From NCBI GenBank assembly GCA_965203485.1, contig OZ241892.1:480001-544000 (forward strand): 64,000 nucleotides of DNA, given 5' to 3'. The notes beneath the pieces are model-generated. The model was not told the origin of the DNA. It made no database searches and saw nothing but the letters and a program-made list of their open reading frames with translations. The translations under genes were made by a program, and so were the position numbers. Position 1 is the stretch's first letter; every line of letters begins with the position of its first letter. The stretch is from Longimicrobiales bacterium (GTDB lineage Bacteria > Gemmatimonadota > Gemmatimonadetes > Longimicrobiales > Gaopeijiaceae). Positions 36,891 to 45,811 of this stretch are shown piece by piece.

Positions 36891-39333
36891 GGTGCTCGAT
36901 CTCCCGTGGTGAGCGGATGTCGATGGATTGGTGTTCCCGGACGACGTTGACGGAGTTGCATATCTGGATTCGCCGGGCGTTCACGATGTGCTTGAAGTTC
37001 CAGCTGACCAAGACGTCGGCCTCGGCGAGCGTGGCCAGCGCGATGTGCTCGGCGTCGGCCTGCATCGACGGCGCCAGGGCGCCCGCGTCAATATAGGCCA
37101 GGGCAAGGCGTTCCGCGTCTTCCGACGCCTGGACCTCCTCTATGTGCGCGTCCGGGACCTGCTCCAGGACGTCTTGGACCTCCTGTCTTGCGCCTTCGAG
37201 TTCCGTGGCGGTTAGGTGCGACAGAAGCAGAACGTGCTCTCCCCGACCGAAGGCCTTGAACAGACGGCATGAGGGCTCCCGGAACTCTTCGTCGAAGCAC
37301 CCGCCCACGACGGTGGTGTCCACGTAGACCCGCAATCGCGCCCCGTAGGGCATCGGCCGGGGCTCGGCCACGAGCGCCGCCAGCAGGGCGTTGGACTTTC
37401 GGCGCACCGAACGGATGTCGGCTCGGATCGCGCGCAACGGCCGCATCGGCTTCGGCTTGTAGAAGTGGCGCGCGAAGTTGATCTCGTAGCCGGTCTTCAC
37501 CGAGTTGGGACGGTGCCAGGCGTCCGGCGCGTAGGGCAGGACCTCCCGGCGGAGAAAGGCATCCACGCCGCCCTCCTCCGTCAAGGGAACCCGCTCGGTG
37601 TCGCGAAGGTCGGGGTCCGGCTCGTACTCGACGACGGCGGGCGTTCCGTCCACCTGCGCCTCGAACCGGCCCACGAGCGCGTCGGCATCGACGCCCGTCT
37701 TCCACGCCCGCCGAATCACGGGCGCCGCCTCCGGGTCCCGCTCGCCGTCCTCCTTCAGGCGCTTGATCTCCGCCGCCTTGTAGACGCGCCCGGGCTCGGC
37801 CCCGGCGATCCGCAACGGCCGCTCGACCGTCGCCTTCGCGTATCCGAAGGCGTCGTTCGGGAAGATCTTCGACTCGTCCGTCTCCTCGAACGCCAGGAAG
37901 ACGTCGCACACGCGCTGGGCGTCCTCGTCCGACAGCTCGCAGTTCTTCTTGCCCAAGTTCTTGCGCAACGGCGTGAACCACCGGGTCGCGTCGATCAGCT
38001 GGACCCGGCCGACGCGATGTTCGGGCTTGCGGTTGGTCAGGACCCAGACGTACGTGGCGATGCCCGTGTTGTAGAACATGTTCAGGGGCAGCGCGACGAT
38101 CGCCTCGAGCCAGTCGTTCTCGATCATCCAACGGCGGATGTTGCTCTCGCCCTGGCCCGCGTCGCCGGCGAACAGCGAGCTGCCGTTGTGGACCTCGGCG
38201 ATGCGGCTGCCCAAAGTCGTGCTCTGCTTCATCTTGCTCAGCATGTTGGCCAGGAACAGCATCTGGCCGTCGCTGACGCGGGTCGCCAGCGAGAACTCCG
38301 GGTCGCGGCCGTGCTCGACCACGAACCGGGGATCGCGCATGTCGCGCTTGCCGCCCATGCGCTGCAAGTCGCTCTTCCAGCTCTTGCCGTAGGGCGGGTT
38401 CGACAGCATGAAGTCGAACTCCTTGTCGGGGAACGCGTCGTTGGACAAGGTCGAGTGCTCGGGGCCGCCCACGATGTTGTCGGCCGCTTCGCCTTCGCCC
38501 TTCAGCAGCAGGTCGGCCTTGCAGATCGCATAGGTCTCGGCGTTGATCTCCTGGCCGTACAGATGCGTGGCCACCTTCTTGCCGCGCTCCTCGGCCAGCG
38601 CCTGCAACGTCTGCTCGGCCACGGTCAGCATGCCGCCGGTGCCGCACGCGCCGTCGTAGAGCAGATACGTGCCGTTCGCGATCTCGTCGGCCACCGGCAG
38701 GAACACGAGCTTGGCCATCAGCTTCACGGCGTCGCGCGGCGTCCAGTGCTCGCCGGCCTCCTCGTTGTTCTCCTCGTTGAAGCGCCGGACCAGCTCCTCG
38801 AAGATCGTGCCCATGCCGTGGTTGTCGAGGCCGGGATGCCGCACCGTTCCGTCGGGCTTGAGCACGGGCTCCGGTCCCAGGTTCACGTCGGGCGACGTCA
38901 GCTTCTCGATCAGCGAGCCCAGCGCGTCCGCCCTGGACAGGCGCGGAACCTGGTTGCGGAACTCGAAGTTGTCGATGATCTCCTGGACGTTGGGCGAGAA
39001 GCCGTCCAAGTACGCCTCGAAGTCGGCCCGCAGCCGTTGCTGGCTGGCCCGCGCCTTCAGGTCCTGCATCGTGAAGGGCGACGCGTTCCAGAACGCTTGG
39101 CCCGCCGCCGCGCGCAGTCCGCCGTCCTGGTTCGCGACGCCGGCCTCGTCCAGCATGGCTTTCCGCTCCCGCACGGGCTGCTTGGTCGGCTCCAGCACCG
39201 CGTCCAGCCGGCGCAGGACGGTCATCGGCAGGATCACGTCGCGATACTTGCCGCGCACGTACAGGTCCCGCAGCACGTCGTCGGCGATGCCCCAGATGTA
39301 GTTCGCGATCCAGGCCAGCTGAGCATGATCCAT
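36883..39333 (-). CDS. hsdM: Type I m6A methyltransferase HsdM fused to a C-terminal PIN (VapC-like) domain
   Basis: GEHWTPRD, YDGACGTGGML, NPPY, FYNTGIATY, GYEINF..HFY; then RVYVDTTVVGGCFDEEF...ADAEHIALA...LVSWNFKHIVN...IRSPRE with no stop in between. Confidence 0.93.
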   Translation of the reverse strand: MDHAQLAWIANYIWGIADDVLRDLYVRGKYRDVILPMTVLRRLDAVLEPTKQPVRERKAMLDEAGVANQDGGLRAAAGQAFWNASPFTMQDLKARASQQRLRADFEAYLDGFSPNVQEIIDNFEFRNQVPRLSRADALGSLIEKLTSPDVNLGPEPVLKPDGTVRHPGLDNHGMGTIFEELVRRFNEENNEEAGEHWTPRDAVKLMAKLVFLPVADEIANGTYLLYDGACGTGGMLTVAEQTLQALAEERGKKVATHLYGQEINAETYAICKADLLLKGEGEAADNIVGGPEHSTLSNDAFPDKEFDFMLSNPPYGKSWKSDLQRMGGKRDMRDPRFVVEHGRDPEFSLATRVSDGQMLFLANMLSKMKQSTTLGSRIAEVHNGSSLFAGDAGQGESNIRRWMIENDWLEAIVALPLNMFYNTGIATYVWVLTNRKPEHRVGRVQLIDATRWFTPLRKNLGKKNCELSDEDAQRVCDVFLAFEETDESKIFPNDAFGYAKATVERPLRIAGAEPGRVYKAAEIKRLKEDGERDPEAAPVIRRAWKTGVDADALVGRFEAQVDGTPAVVEYEPDPDLRDTERVPLTEEGGVDAFLRREVLPYAPDAWHRPNSVKTGYEINFARHFYKPKPMRPLRAIRADIRSVRRKSNALLAALVAEPRPMPYGARLRVYVDTTVVGGCFDEEFREPSCRLFKAFGRGEHVLLLSHLTATELEGARQEVQDVLEQVPDAHIEEVQASEDAERLALAYIDAGALAPSMQADAEHIALATLAEADVLVSWNFKHIVNARRIQICNSVNVVREHQSIDIRSPREIEHHD

Positions 39334-39383
39334 GGCTGTTCGGCCTTTTCGCCTTGGAGGGCCGACGAACGAGGGCGCGAAAT

Positions 39384-40088
39384 CTACGCCGGCGCGCCCC
39401 CAACGCCAACCCGGTCGATTCCGTGGCGGTCGGACGGGGATTTGCGAGTCCGCATCTCCGACGCTAGTTCCTGCTCCAGCCTTCGTTGTTCCTTCGTTGC
39501 GTCCGCTTCCGCCACGATGCCGGCCCCCACATACGCCCGTACCGCTTCCGCCACCGATTCCACCTGAACGACGCGCGTGAGCTCGTCATCTCGCGCCGAT
39601 CGCCAGTGAAGCGCCACGCCGACGTCAGGCGCCACTTGCAACTCTGGCCTGCCCAACGGGTCTTCTTTCTTGAGCGTCGTCAGTAGCACGGCAGCCCCTC
39701 GCCACACTTCCACGAACCGGTCCCGCTCCTCCCTGCCCGGCATTTTGCCGCGTGGCTCGCGCTGGATTTCAGCGTGGGCTGGGTTCTCCGGTATAGGTCG
39801 GTCCGTGACGCTCCAAAGCCGGTGTCCTTCCGCATCGGTCAGCATGCGGATTTCTGCCGTCCTGGCCTTGATCGTGCCCCGCATGCCGCGACCGCCCATG
39901 ACTGCTTGCACATGGTGACTCCGGTCGACCGACGCACCGCCTTCCTCTTTGGTCCACCGGAGCGCTCTACGCGGAAACGCAGATCGAGGGACAGCTCCGC
40001 TACCCGTCTCTCGCGCTCCAGGGGGTAGCCGTCTCTCCAGTTCTTCGTTGTCATCAACCACCCCAAGCGCGTGTGCTCCCGGGCTCAT
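39384..40088 (-). CDS. Hypothetical protein, possible ADP-ribosyltransferase/RES-like fold
   Basis: E.L.RR, AF, ASVD and PENPAHAEI in the order expected for ART-like folds; by eye only. Confidence 0.5.
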   Translation of the reverse strand: MSPGAHALGVVDDNEELERRLPPGARETGSGAVPRSAFPRRALRWTKEEGGASVDRSHHVQAVMGGRGMRGTIKARTAEIRMLTDAEGHRLWSVTDRPIPENPAHAEIQREPRGKMPGREERDRFVEVWRGAAVLLTTLKKEDPLGRPELQVAPDVGVALHWRSARDDELTRVVQVESVAEAVRAYVGAGIVAEADATKEQRRLEQELASEMRTRKSPSDRHGIDRVGVGGAPA

Positions 40089-40127
40089 TCCCTCAGCCGG
40101 AAACTTCTCCCCTCGCTTGACCAGGTC

Positions 40128-40688
40128 TCAGACCTCCCCGTGCATCTCTTCCAGCCAAGACATGACCCGATCAAGTTCTTCTCGGCTGTGTTCCACAAAG
40201 CGTCCCTCCTCGCTCTCTTCGCTCAGTGTGCGGCTGATGTAATAGCCGACGGTGCCGTTTTCTTCCGTGCCGATCTCGACCCTGCCGTATCCACTCCGCC
40301 AGATGATGCAGATCTCCCACGCCTCGTCGGCGTAGACCTCGTCGGGTTGCTTCCATGCGTCACGCAACCCCAGCAACGCAGCGATGCGATTCCTGTTGAT
40401 CTCAATCTGCGGCATGATCCCTCCCTTGACTTGGGCCGCTCGCAAGGTGTCGGCGTCGATTGTGTCCAGGATCTCTCGCGTCGTCTTGGCTTCCTGTCCG
40501 CTACCACTCGTGTCAATTCCTCCAAGACCTTTCTCATCTATCTGCCATGTAGTGGCATTTCCAAGTGCTACGGTAGTGTCTTCTTCCTGTCTGGGCGGTG
40601 ACAAACGACTTGATCCTCGCCTTGCTACGTAGCGTCCGTGTCTCAATCCCACGTCGGGTACTGATGCGATCATCCCGGCCGTGGTCAT
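40128..40688 (-). CDS. Hypothetical protein, middle gene of the TIGR04255-like triad
   Basis: 186-aa ORF with ATGA overlap to the upstream gene; C-terminal I.W...GRVEIG...GTVGYY beta-rich part. Confidence 0.6.
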   Translation of the reverse strand: MTTAGMIASVPDVGLRHGRYVARRGSSRLSPPRQEEDTTVALGNATTWQIDEKGLGGIDTSGSGQEAKTTREILDTIDADTLRAAQVKGGIMPQIEINRNRIAALLGLRDAWKQPDEVYADEAWEICIIWRSGYGRVEIGTEENGTVGYYISRTLSEESEEGRFVEHSREELDRVMSWLEEMHGEV

Positions 40689-41530
40689 ATCTGCCCTCCC
40701 GGTTGATTCATTCCGATCCGCTTGGCGATGTCTTCGGTGACCAGGTTCCCGAACAATGCATGGATGCGTCGATGCAGTTTGTCGTATACAGCTCGGCCGT
40801 TGCTCTCGCTCTCATCGACAGAATGAATTTTCCCGAACGCCCTGTCGAGCCTCAGGCGCGCTGTTGTTTCTCGAAATCCCCAGATCGCGGTTGTCTCCAC
40901 CTTGACGATCGGACGGACCTTCTGTCCCTCCGCACGCAGTTCTGCCCCTATCTGAAACCGCTCCAGGATACGTTGCCCGTCGGGATCTTCAATCCACCCT
41001 TCCCCTATGTGCCACATCTTCGAATTCCCGGCTTTCGACGGTATCCGTTCTTCCCGGACTGCGAGCTTTGGATCGTAGGTGGCATCAGGGCCGTGCCAGA
41101 CGAACATGTCTTGGTAGGTGAGCCCAGCACTGCAAACCTGTGCGAGCGGATGGTCGTTCCCAAGAACCTTTCCTACGCTGGCAAACAGCTCGTAGGCCTT
41201 TTCGCTCACGCTCTTCCATCCCCCGTACTGAGCGCATCCGATTGTGATTGTCGGCCCGGCGACCTCCATCCACCACGCGGCCTGGCCCGTGCGCTTGAAT
41301 TCAACGTACTGCGTGGGCGCCAGCGGCTTTGGCCTGTCGTCCACAAGGGGCGTCGGGCCCACCGCGATCTCCATCACATGGCCACGCCTCACCGTCGGCA
41401 GCACGGCCTTCCAGTAGTTCTCGTAGCCTTCGTCCAGCTTCGCTCGCTCGTGCTCCGTCATCTCGCCACTTCCGGTGAGGCGGAAAATCACGGCCTCGAT
41501 GGCGTGATCTCGGTGCAACGGCTCAAACAT
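40685..41530 (-). CDS. TIGR04255-like protein
   Basis: HAIEAVIFRL, QYGGWKSV, AGLTYQDMF, LH......FGNLVTEDI...IG pattern. Confidence 0.65.
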   Translation of the reverse strand: MFEPLHRDHAIEAVIFRLTGSGEMTEHERAKLDEGYENYWKAVLPTVRRGHVMEIAVGPTPLVDDRPKPLAPTQYVEFKRTGQAAWWMEVAGPTITIGCAQYGGWKSVSEKAYELFASVGKVLGNDHPLAQVCSAGLTYQDMFVWHGPDATYDPKLAVREERIPSKAGNSKMWHIGEGWIEDPDGQRILERFQIGAELRAEGQKVRPIVKVETTAIWGFRETTARLRLDRAFGKIHSVDESESNGRAVYDKLHRRIHALFGNLVTEDIAKRIGMNQPGGQI

Positions 41531-41947
41531 GCTGGTACTGTCCTCCGGGTGCGTGCGTTTGGGCCTCGTCCGAGGCTTTGCGGCTCCTCTCGCCTACCTT
41601 CCGTCCGCATGCTCGTAGTGGCAATATGGAGTCAGGGCGCCTCGGGATCAACGGCCCAGCTCGTGTTCCGCGCCGGATCCGTCTTGCGGCCCATCGGTCG
41701 CCGACGCCTTTTCCGCTCGTCCGACGGGCGTGCCCTCGATCGGGGTGCCGCTGTCGCTGGAGGCGTCACCTTGCCCGGCATCCGCACGCGCGTCCGCGAA
41801 AAACCCGACGAGGGGTGAACGCATGGCCGCGACCGCACCCCAGGGTCGCTCCGGTCATGAGGCACGACGACGCCGGGGTTGCCCGTTTCGACTCCTTGCA
41901 CCGGTCCCTTGGCGTGGCCGCTCGCTCCCCGTGCCGCGCCCGAAGAA

Positions 41948-44830
41948 TCAGGCGTCCCGGCCCCTGCCGTCCCGAGAACCACCTTCCTCCTCCTTCTCCT
42001 CCGGCGCTTCCCAGAACGCCGCGTTCTCCGGCGCCGCTCCAGCCAAGGCCGCGCCGTACAGGGCCGCGTTGAAGAGGATGCGGAAGTTGCCGAAGGGCTG
42101 GCCGCGCCACTGGGGCCGCATCCCCAGCAGCACCACGCGCCCCTCTCCCATGGCGACGTCCAGCGCGGCGGCCTTGCCCCGAAGGCGCTTCTCGCCCAGC
42201 AGGTACCCGGACAGCAGGGGCGATCCGTCCGCGGCGTACTTGGCGAGCACCGATCCCTCGAAGCCCTCCTTGGTCGTGAACACGGGGCTTCGCTCGACTA
42301 CCACCATTGCTCGCTTCGGCATCCCCGACATCACCGGATGGGAGGGATCGACCTCCATCTCCACGATCGATCCGCTCATGAAGTACTCGGACGGCGCGAG
42401 CCCGGCCACCACGTCTTCCACGGGCAAGTGGAGATGGTCGATGGCGAAGAGGGCGGCGCTGTTGATCGCCACCAGCGTCCCGCCGGCGCGCACGAACCGG
42501 GCCAGCTCCCGGACGCCTCGCGGGCCGATACCGCCGGCGTACCGGGGCGGTACCGAGCCCTTTGCGAAGCCTTCGACGATCTGGTTCGCGCTCATGTCGG
42601 CCAGGACGATCACGTCGTAGCGCTCGCGCAGCCCGCCGGCCAGCACGTCGGCGTTTCGCAGGCTGGCGAACCCGAAATCGTAGGCTTCCAGCAACCAACG
42701 CGTCCAGCCTTCGTCCATGGACGGACGCCAGGGGCGGTAGAGGCCGATTCTGGGACGCTCCAACGCAACTGGATTGCCGCCGGTCTGCGCCGCATCGCTC
42801 GCTTGTACCCGGCCGCCAACGCCATCCGCGCGGCCGCCGCCGCCAATCCGCAGATGCAGTTCGCGAGCCAAGGCTGCCCGGGCGCTTCCCGGCAGGCCGC
42901 GTATCTCGTAGCGTCCCGAAGTCCCGCCTTCGCCGCCCTCGCCCGCGGCTCCCGGCACGAACCGCACCTGCCCCCCGGCGTCCCACGCTCGGTTGATCGC
43001 CTTGAACGCGTTGTTCTGGGCCGGGTCCGCGACCAGCGTCCCGCCGCTCCCCGCGTTGCTCTCCAGGGGCAGGATAGCCGCCGCCACCGGGTGACTGTTG
43101 AAGCCCACGCCCCGCGGCGAGTCGAAGGGCGCAGCGTCCACCTCGCGCGCCGCGTCCTCCGCACCCGCCGCGCCCCTCGCGTTCCCGGTGCCCCTCTCGG
43201 CTCCAGCGCCGCCGCCGCCCGTCTCCTCCCCGCCCGCGGGCCCGCCGTCCCAGCGCACCGGCTCGGCGGCCAGCTCGGCCAGCGCCGCCCGCACGCCCTC
43301 CGTCAGCGGCGACGCGGCCTCCACGACCCGCACGCCCATCAGGTACGGCAACGTCCAGCCCGAGACGTCGTAGGGCTGGTCCGGCGGCCCCTCGGGGTAC
43401 TGGCGCAAGTCCGGATATTCCTGCACCGCGAACAGCTGGCGCACGAAGTTGGCGAACTCCTGGTCCATCGGGATCACCCACGTGCCGGCCGAATGCGACA
43501 CCCCCTCGAACTCCACGGCCCCCTGCAACTGAAGGACCTCCACGCCGTTGAACGCCAGCCGCCGCAGCATCTCCACGGGCGCCACCGGGTCGCGCTGGTC
43601 TTGGGGCACGAAGTAGGCGTACGGCGGTCCGCTCTCGTACTGGGCGATCACGTCGCGCCCCGCCTGGTAGCGGTTGTACAGAATGTCGGTCCGGTACTTG
43701 GCCGCGAAGTCCAGCACCGAGATCGAAGCCGTGAGCATGTAGTCCACGGCGTCGCGCAGCCTCCACCAGCCTCCCTCCCAGGGACTGCTGTAGAGCGACT
43801 GGGGCCGCAGGTCGCGTGCGGTGCGGGGGAAGTCCGAAACGGTGTAGAAGTGCGGCGTGGCGTACCTGTACAGCGCGGCCTCGGTCAGGAACGACGCCAC
43901 GTTGTGGAAGTTGTTGGCGTGGTCCATGAAGCCGGGGTACCAGTTGTCGAAGCCGGTGCCCATGTGCGTGGCGCCCCGCTGGCCCCGCTCCTCCAGCGCC
44001 TGCGCCATGGACATGCCGATCAAGTTGACCGTGCGCCACATGAGCGGGTGCACGTGCGGCGAGATCGGCTCGGCGAACGGCGGAATCCAGATGCGGGTTG
44101 GGAAGGGCGAGCTCTGGTGGTGGTTGTAGAGGATTTGCGGCTCCCACTCCCGCACCACCCGCGTGACCATGCGCGACTCGATCTGGTTGATCATGTAGCC
44201 GTCGCGGTTGTTGTCGTGCCCGACGTACTTCTGGTAGAGGAACGGGATCGGCGCGACCTCGTACGGCGTGCCCAGGTTCGACCGGTACCACTCGGCCACC
44301 ATCGTCTGGCCGTCCGGGTTGATCGACGGCCACAGCAGGAGCACGACGTTGTCCAGGATTGCGCGGACCTCGGGATCGGCGTCGCCGGTCGCTAGGTCGT
44401 GCGCCAGCTGGATCGTGTGCTGTCCGTGCGCCACCTCGGTCGAGTGGAGGCCGCCGTCGATGTGCACGAAGGCACGTCCCTCGCCGGCCAGCGCGCGCGC
44501 TTCGGCGCCGGTGAGTCCCTTGGGATGGGCCAGCCGCAGCGAGATTTCCTTGTAGCGGTCGAGGTTCGCCAAGTTGTCGGCGCTGGACACGAGCGCGAGG
44601 TGGATGGGCCTGCCGAACGAAGTGCGCCCGACTTCGCGGAGTTCCACGCGGTCGCTCGCGGCGTCGAGCCGCCGGAAGTACTCGATCGACTCCTCGTAGG
44701 TGGCGAGGAAGAAGTCGTCGCCCACGCGGTGGCCCAGCACCGACTCGGGAGCTGGGACTTGGGCGCGGGCGCCGGAAGGGGCCGCAACGGCTGCCGCCGC
44801 CAAGCCGAGAAGAACGGCCGTGTTTCGCAT
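41948..44830 (-). CDS. M14 family zinc carboxypeptidase, secreted
   Basis: Signal peptide; IDGGLHSTE (HxxE), NPDG, HDNNRD, HHQ; C-terminal glutamine-amidotransferase-like domain. Confidence 0.88.
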   Translation of the reverse strand: MRNTAVLLGLAAAAVAAPSGARAQVPAPESVLGHRVGDDFFLATYEESIEYFRRLDAASDRVELREVGRTSFGRPIHLALVSSADNLANLDRYKEISLRLAHPKGLTGAEARALAGEGRAFVHIDGGLHSTEVAHGQHTIQLAHDLATGDADPEVRAILDNVVLLLWPSINPDGQTMVAEWYRSNLGTPYEVAPIPFLYQKYVGHDNNRDGYMINQIESRMVTRVVREWEPQILYNHHQSSPFPTRIWIPPFAEPISPHVHPLMWRTVNLIGMSMAQALEERGQRGATHMGTGFDNWYPGFMDHANNFHNVASFLTEAALYRYATPHFYTVSDFPRTARDLRPQSLYSSPWEGGWWRLRDAVDYMLTASISVLDFAAKYRTDILYNRYQAGRDVIAQYESGPPYAYFVPQDQRDPVAPVEMLRRLAFNGVEVLQLQGAVEFEGVSHSAGTWVIPMDQEFANFVRQLFAVQEYPDLRQYPEGPPDQPYDVSGWTLPYLMGVRVVEAASPLTEGVRAALAELAAEPVRWDGGPAGGEETGGGGAGAERGTGNARGAAGAEDAAREVDAAPFDSPRGVGFNSHPVAAAILPLESNAGSGGTLVADPAQNNAFKAINRAWDAGGQVRFVPGAAGEGGEGGTSGRYEIRGLPGSARAALARELHLRIGGGGRADGVGGRVQASDAAQTGGNPVALERPRIGLYRPWRPSMDEGWTRWLLEAYDFGFASLRNADVLAGGLRERYDVIVLADMSANQIVEGFAKGSVPPRYAGGIGPRGVRELARFVRAGGTLVAINSAALFAIDHLHLPVEDVVAGLAPSEYFMSGSIVEMEVDPSHPVMSGMPKRAMVVVERSPVFTTKEGFEGSVLAKYAADGSPLLSGYLLGEKRLRGKAAALDVAMGEGRVVLLGMRPQWRGQPFGNFRILFNAALYGAALAGAAPENAAFWEAPEEKEEEGGSRDGRGRDA

Positions 44831-44983
44831 GAGAAGTCCGTCCCGCCGCTGGTTGCGGTCGAAAGTGGCGGCGAAACGAGCCCGGATCGCCGGTGCGGCC
44901 GGCGCCCGCCATCTGGCCGCCGGCCGCACCATCGAGGTCCCGCCCGAAGCGCGAGGACAGGCTCGTGGCTCGTCCCTGCGTCT

Positions 44984-45739
44984 TCAGCGCGCTCCGATGC
45001 TGATTCCCACCCGGTACGTGATCAGGTTGGTCTCGCTCACCACGGGACTGAACTGAGGTCGCCCGCCGGGGCCCTCCCGCAAGTCGCCCTTGGTGAGATA
45101 TTCGGTCGTTCCATTGTGCTGGTACGAGGCCGACAAGTCCAGCGACACCGGGTGCTTGCCCCGCGACAGCCGCACCATCATCCCGCCGCCCGCCCGGAGC
45201 GAGAACTTGAGGTCGTCCAGGTTGGTGGTGGCCGCGAAGTCGTCCGACAGCAGTTGGGTGCCGCTGGCCGAGGACTCCGTGGCGAAGTAGGAGATGCCGA
45301 CCGTGCCGAACACGTACGGCCGCACCGGCCCGCTTCCCAGGACCAGTTGGGGCCCGGCGCCCGCCGACGCGATGTAGTTGGTCGTGCGCACCGTCACGTT
45401 CACGCGCTGGACCGTTGTGCTCAGCGGCGTCGTGAACGACTCCGATCCGTAGACGACGAAGCTGCCCTCCAGCCGGAGCGCGGCGTTTCGCCCTTCGTCC
45501 ATGTACAGGAGGAGCCCCGCTCCCCCTCCGCCGCCCAGGTTCACGAAGTCCTTGAAGGCTCCGATCGGATTTGCCAGGCTGCCGTGGAGGAAGAACTCAC
45601 CCCGCGGCAGGTCGTCGAGGTCGTAGTCGTCGTTGGAATTCTTGCCGGACTCCCAGTTCTGCGCCCAGCCGTTGTCGGCCGAGACGCCCAGCACGGTCGC
45701 GAGCGCAACCAGGAACCCGAGCTTGGACAAGCTCTTCAT
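44984..45739 (-). CDS. Outer-membrane beta-barrel protein
   Basis: GGAGG SD, signal peptide, amphipathic strands, VRPYV, terminal YRVGISIG. Confidence 0.7.
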   Translation of the reverse strand: MKSLSKLGFLVALATVLGVSADNGWAQNWESGKNSNDDYDLDDLPRGEFFLHGSLANPIGAFKDFVNLGGGGGAGLLLYMDEGRNAALRLEGSFVVYGSESFTTPLSTTVQRVNVTVRTTNYIASAGAGPQLVLGSGPVRPYVFGTVGISYFATESSASGTQLLSDDFAATTNLDDLKFSLRAGGGMMVRLSRGKHPVSLDLSASYQHNGTTEYLTKGDLREGPGGRPQFSPVVSETNLITYRVGISIGAR

Positions 45740-45811
45740 GCTCTTCATTCCTCCCAAGTGTGCATGGTGATCGTGACTTCGGGGACAGGCGTCTCCCGTC
45801 CCTGTCTTATG

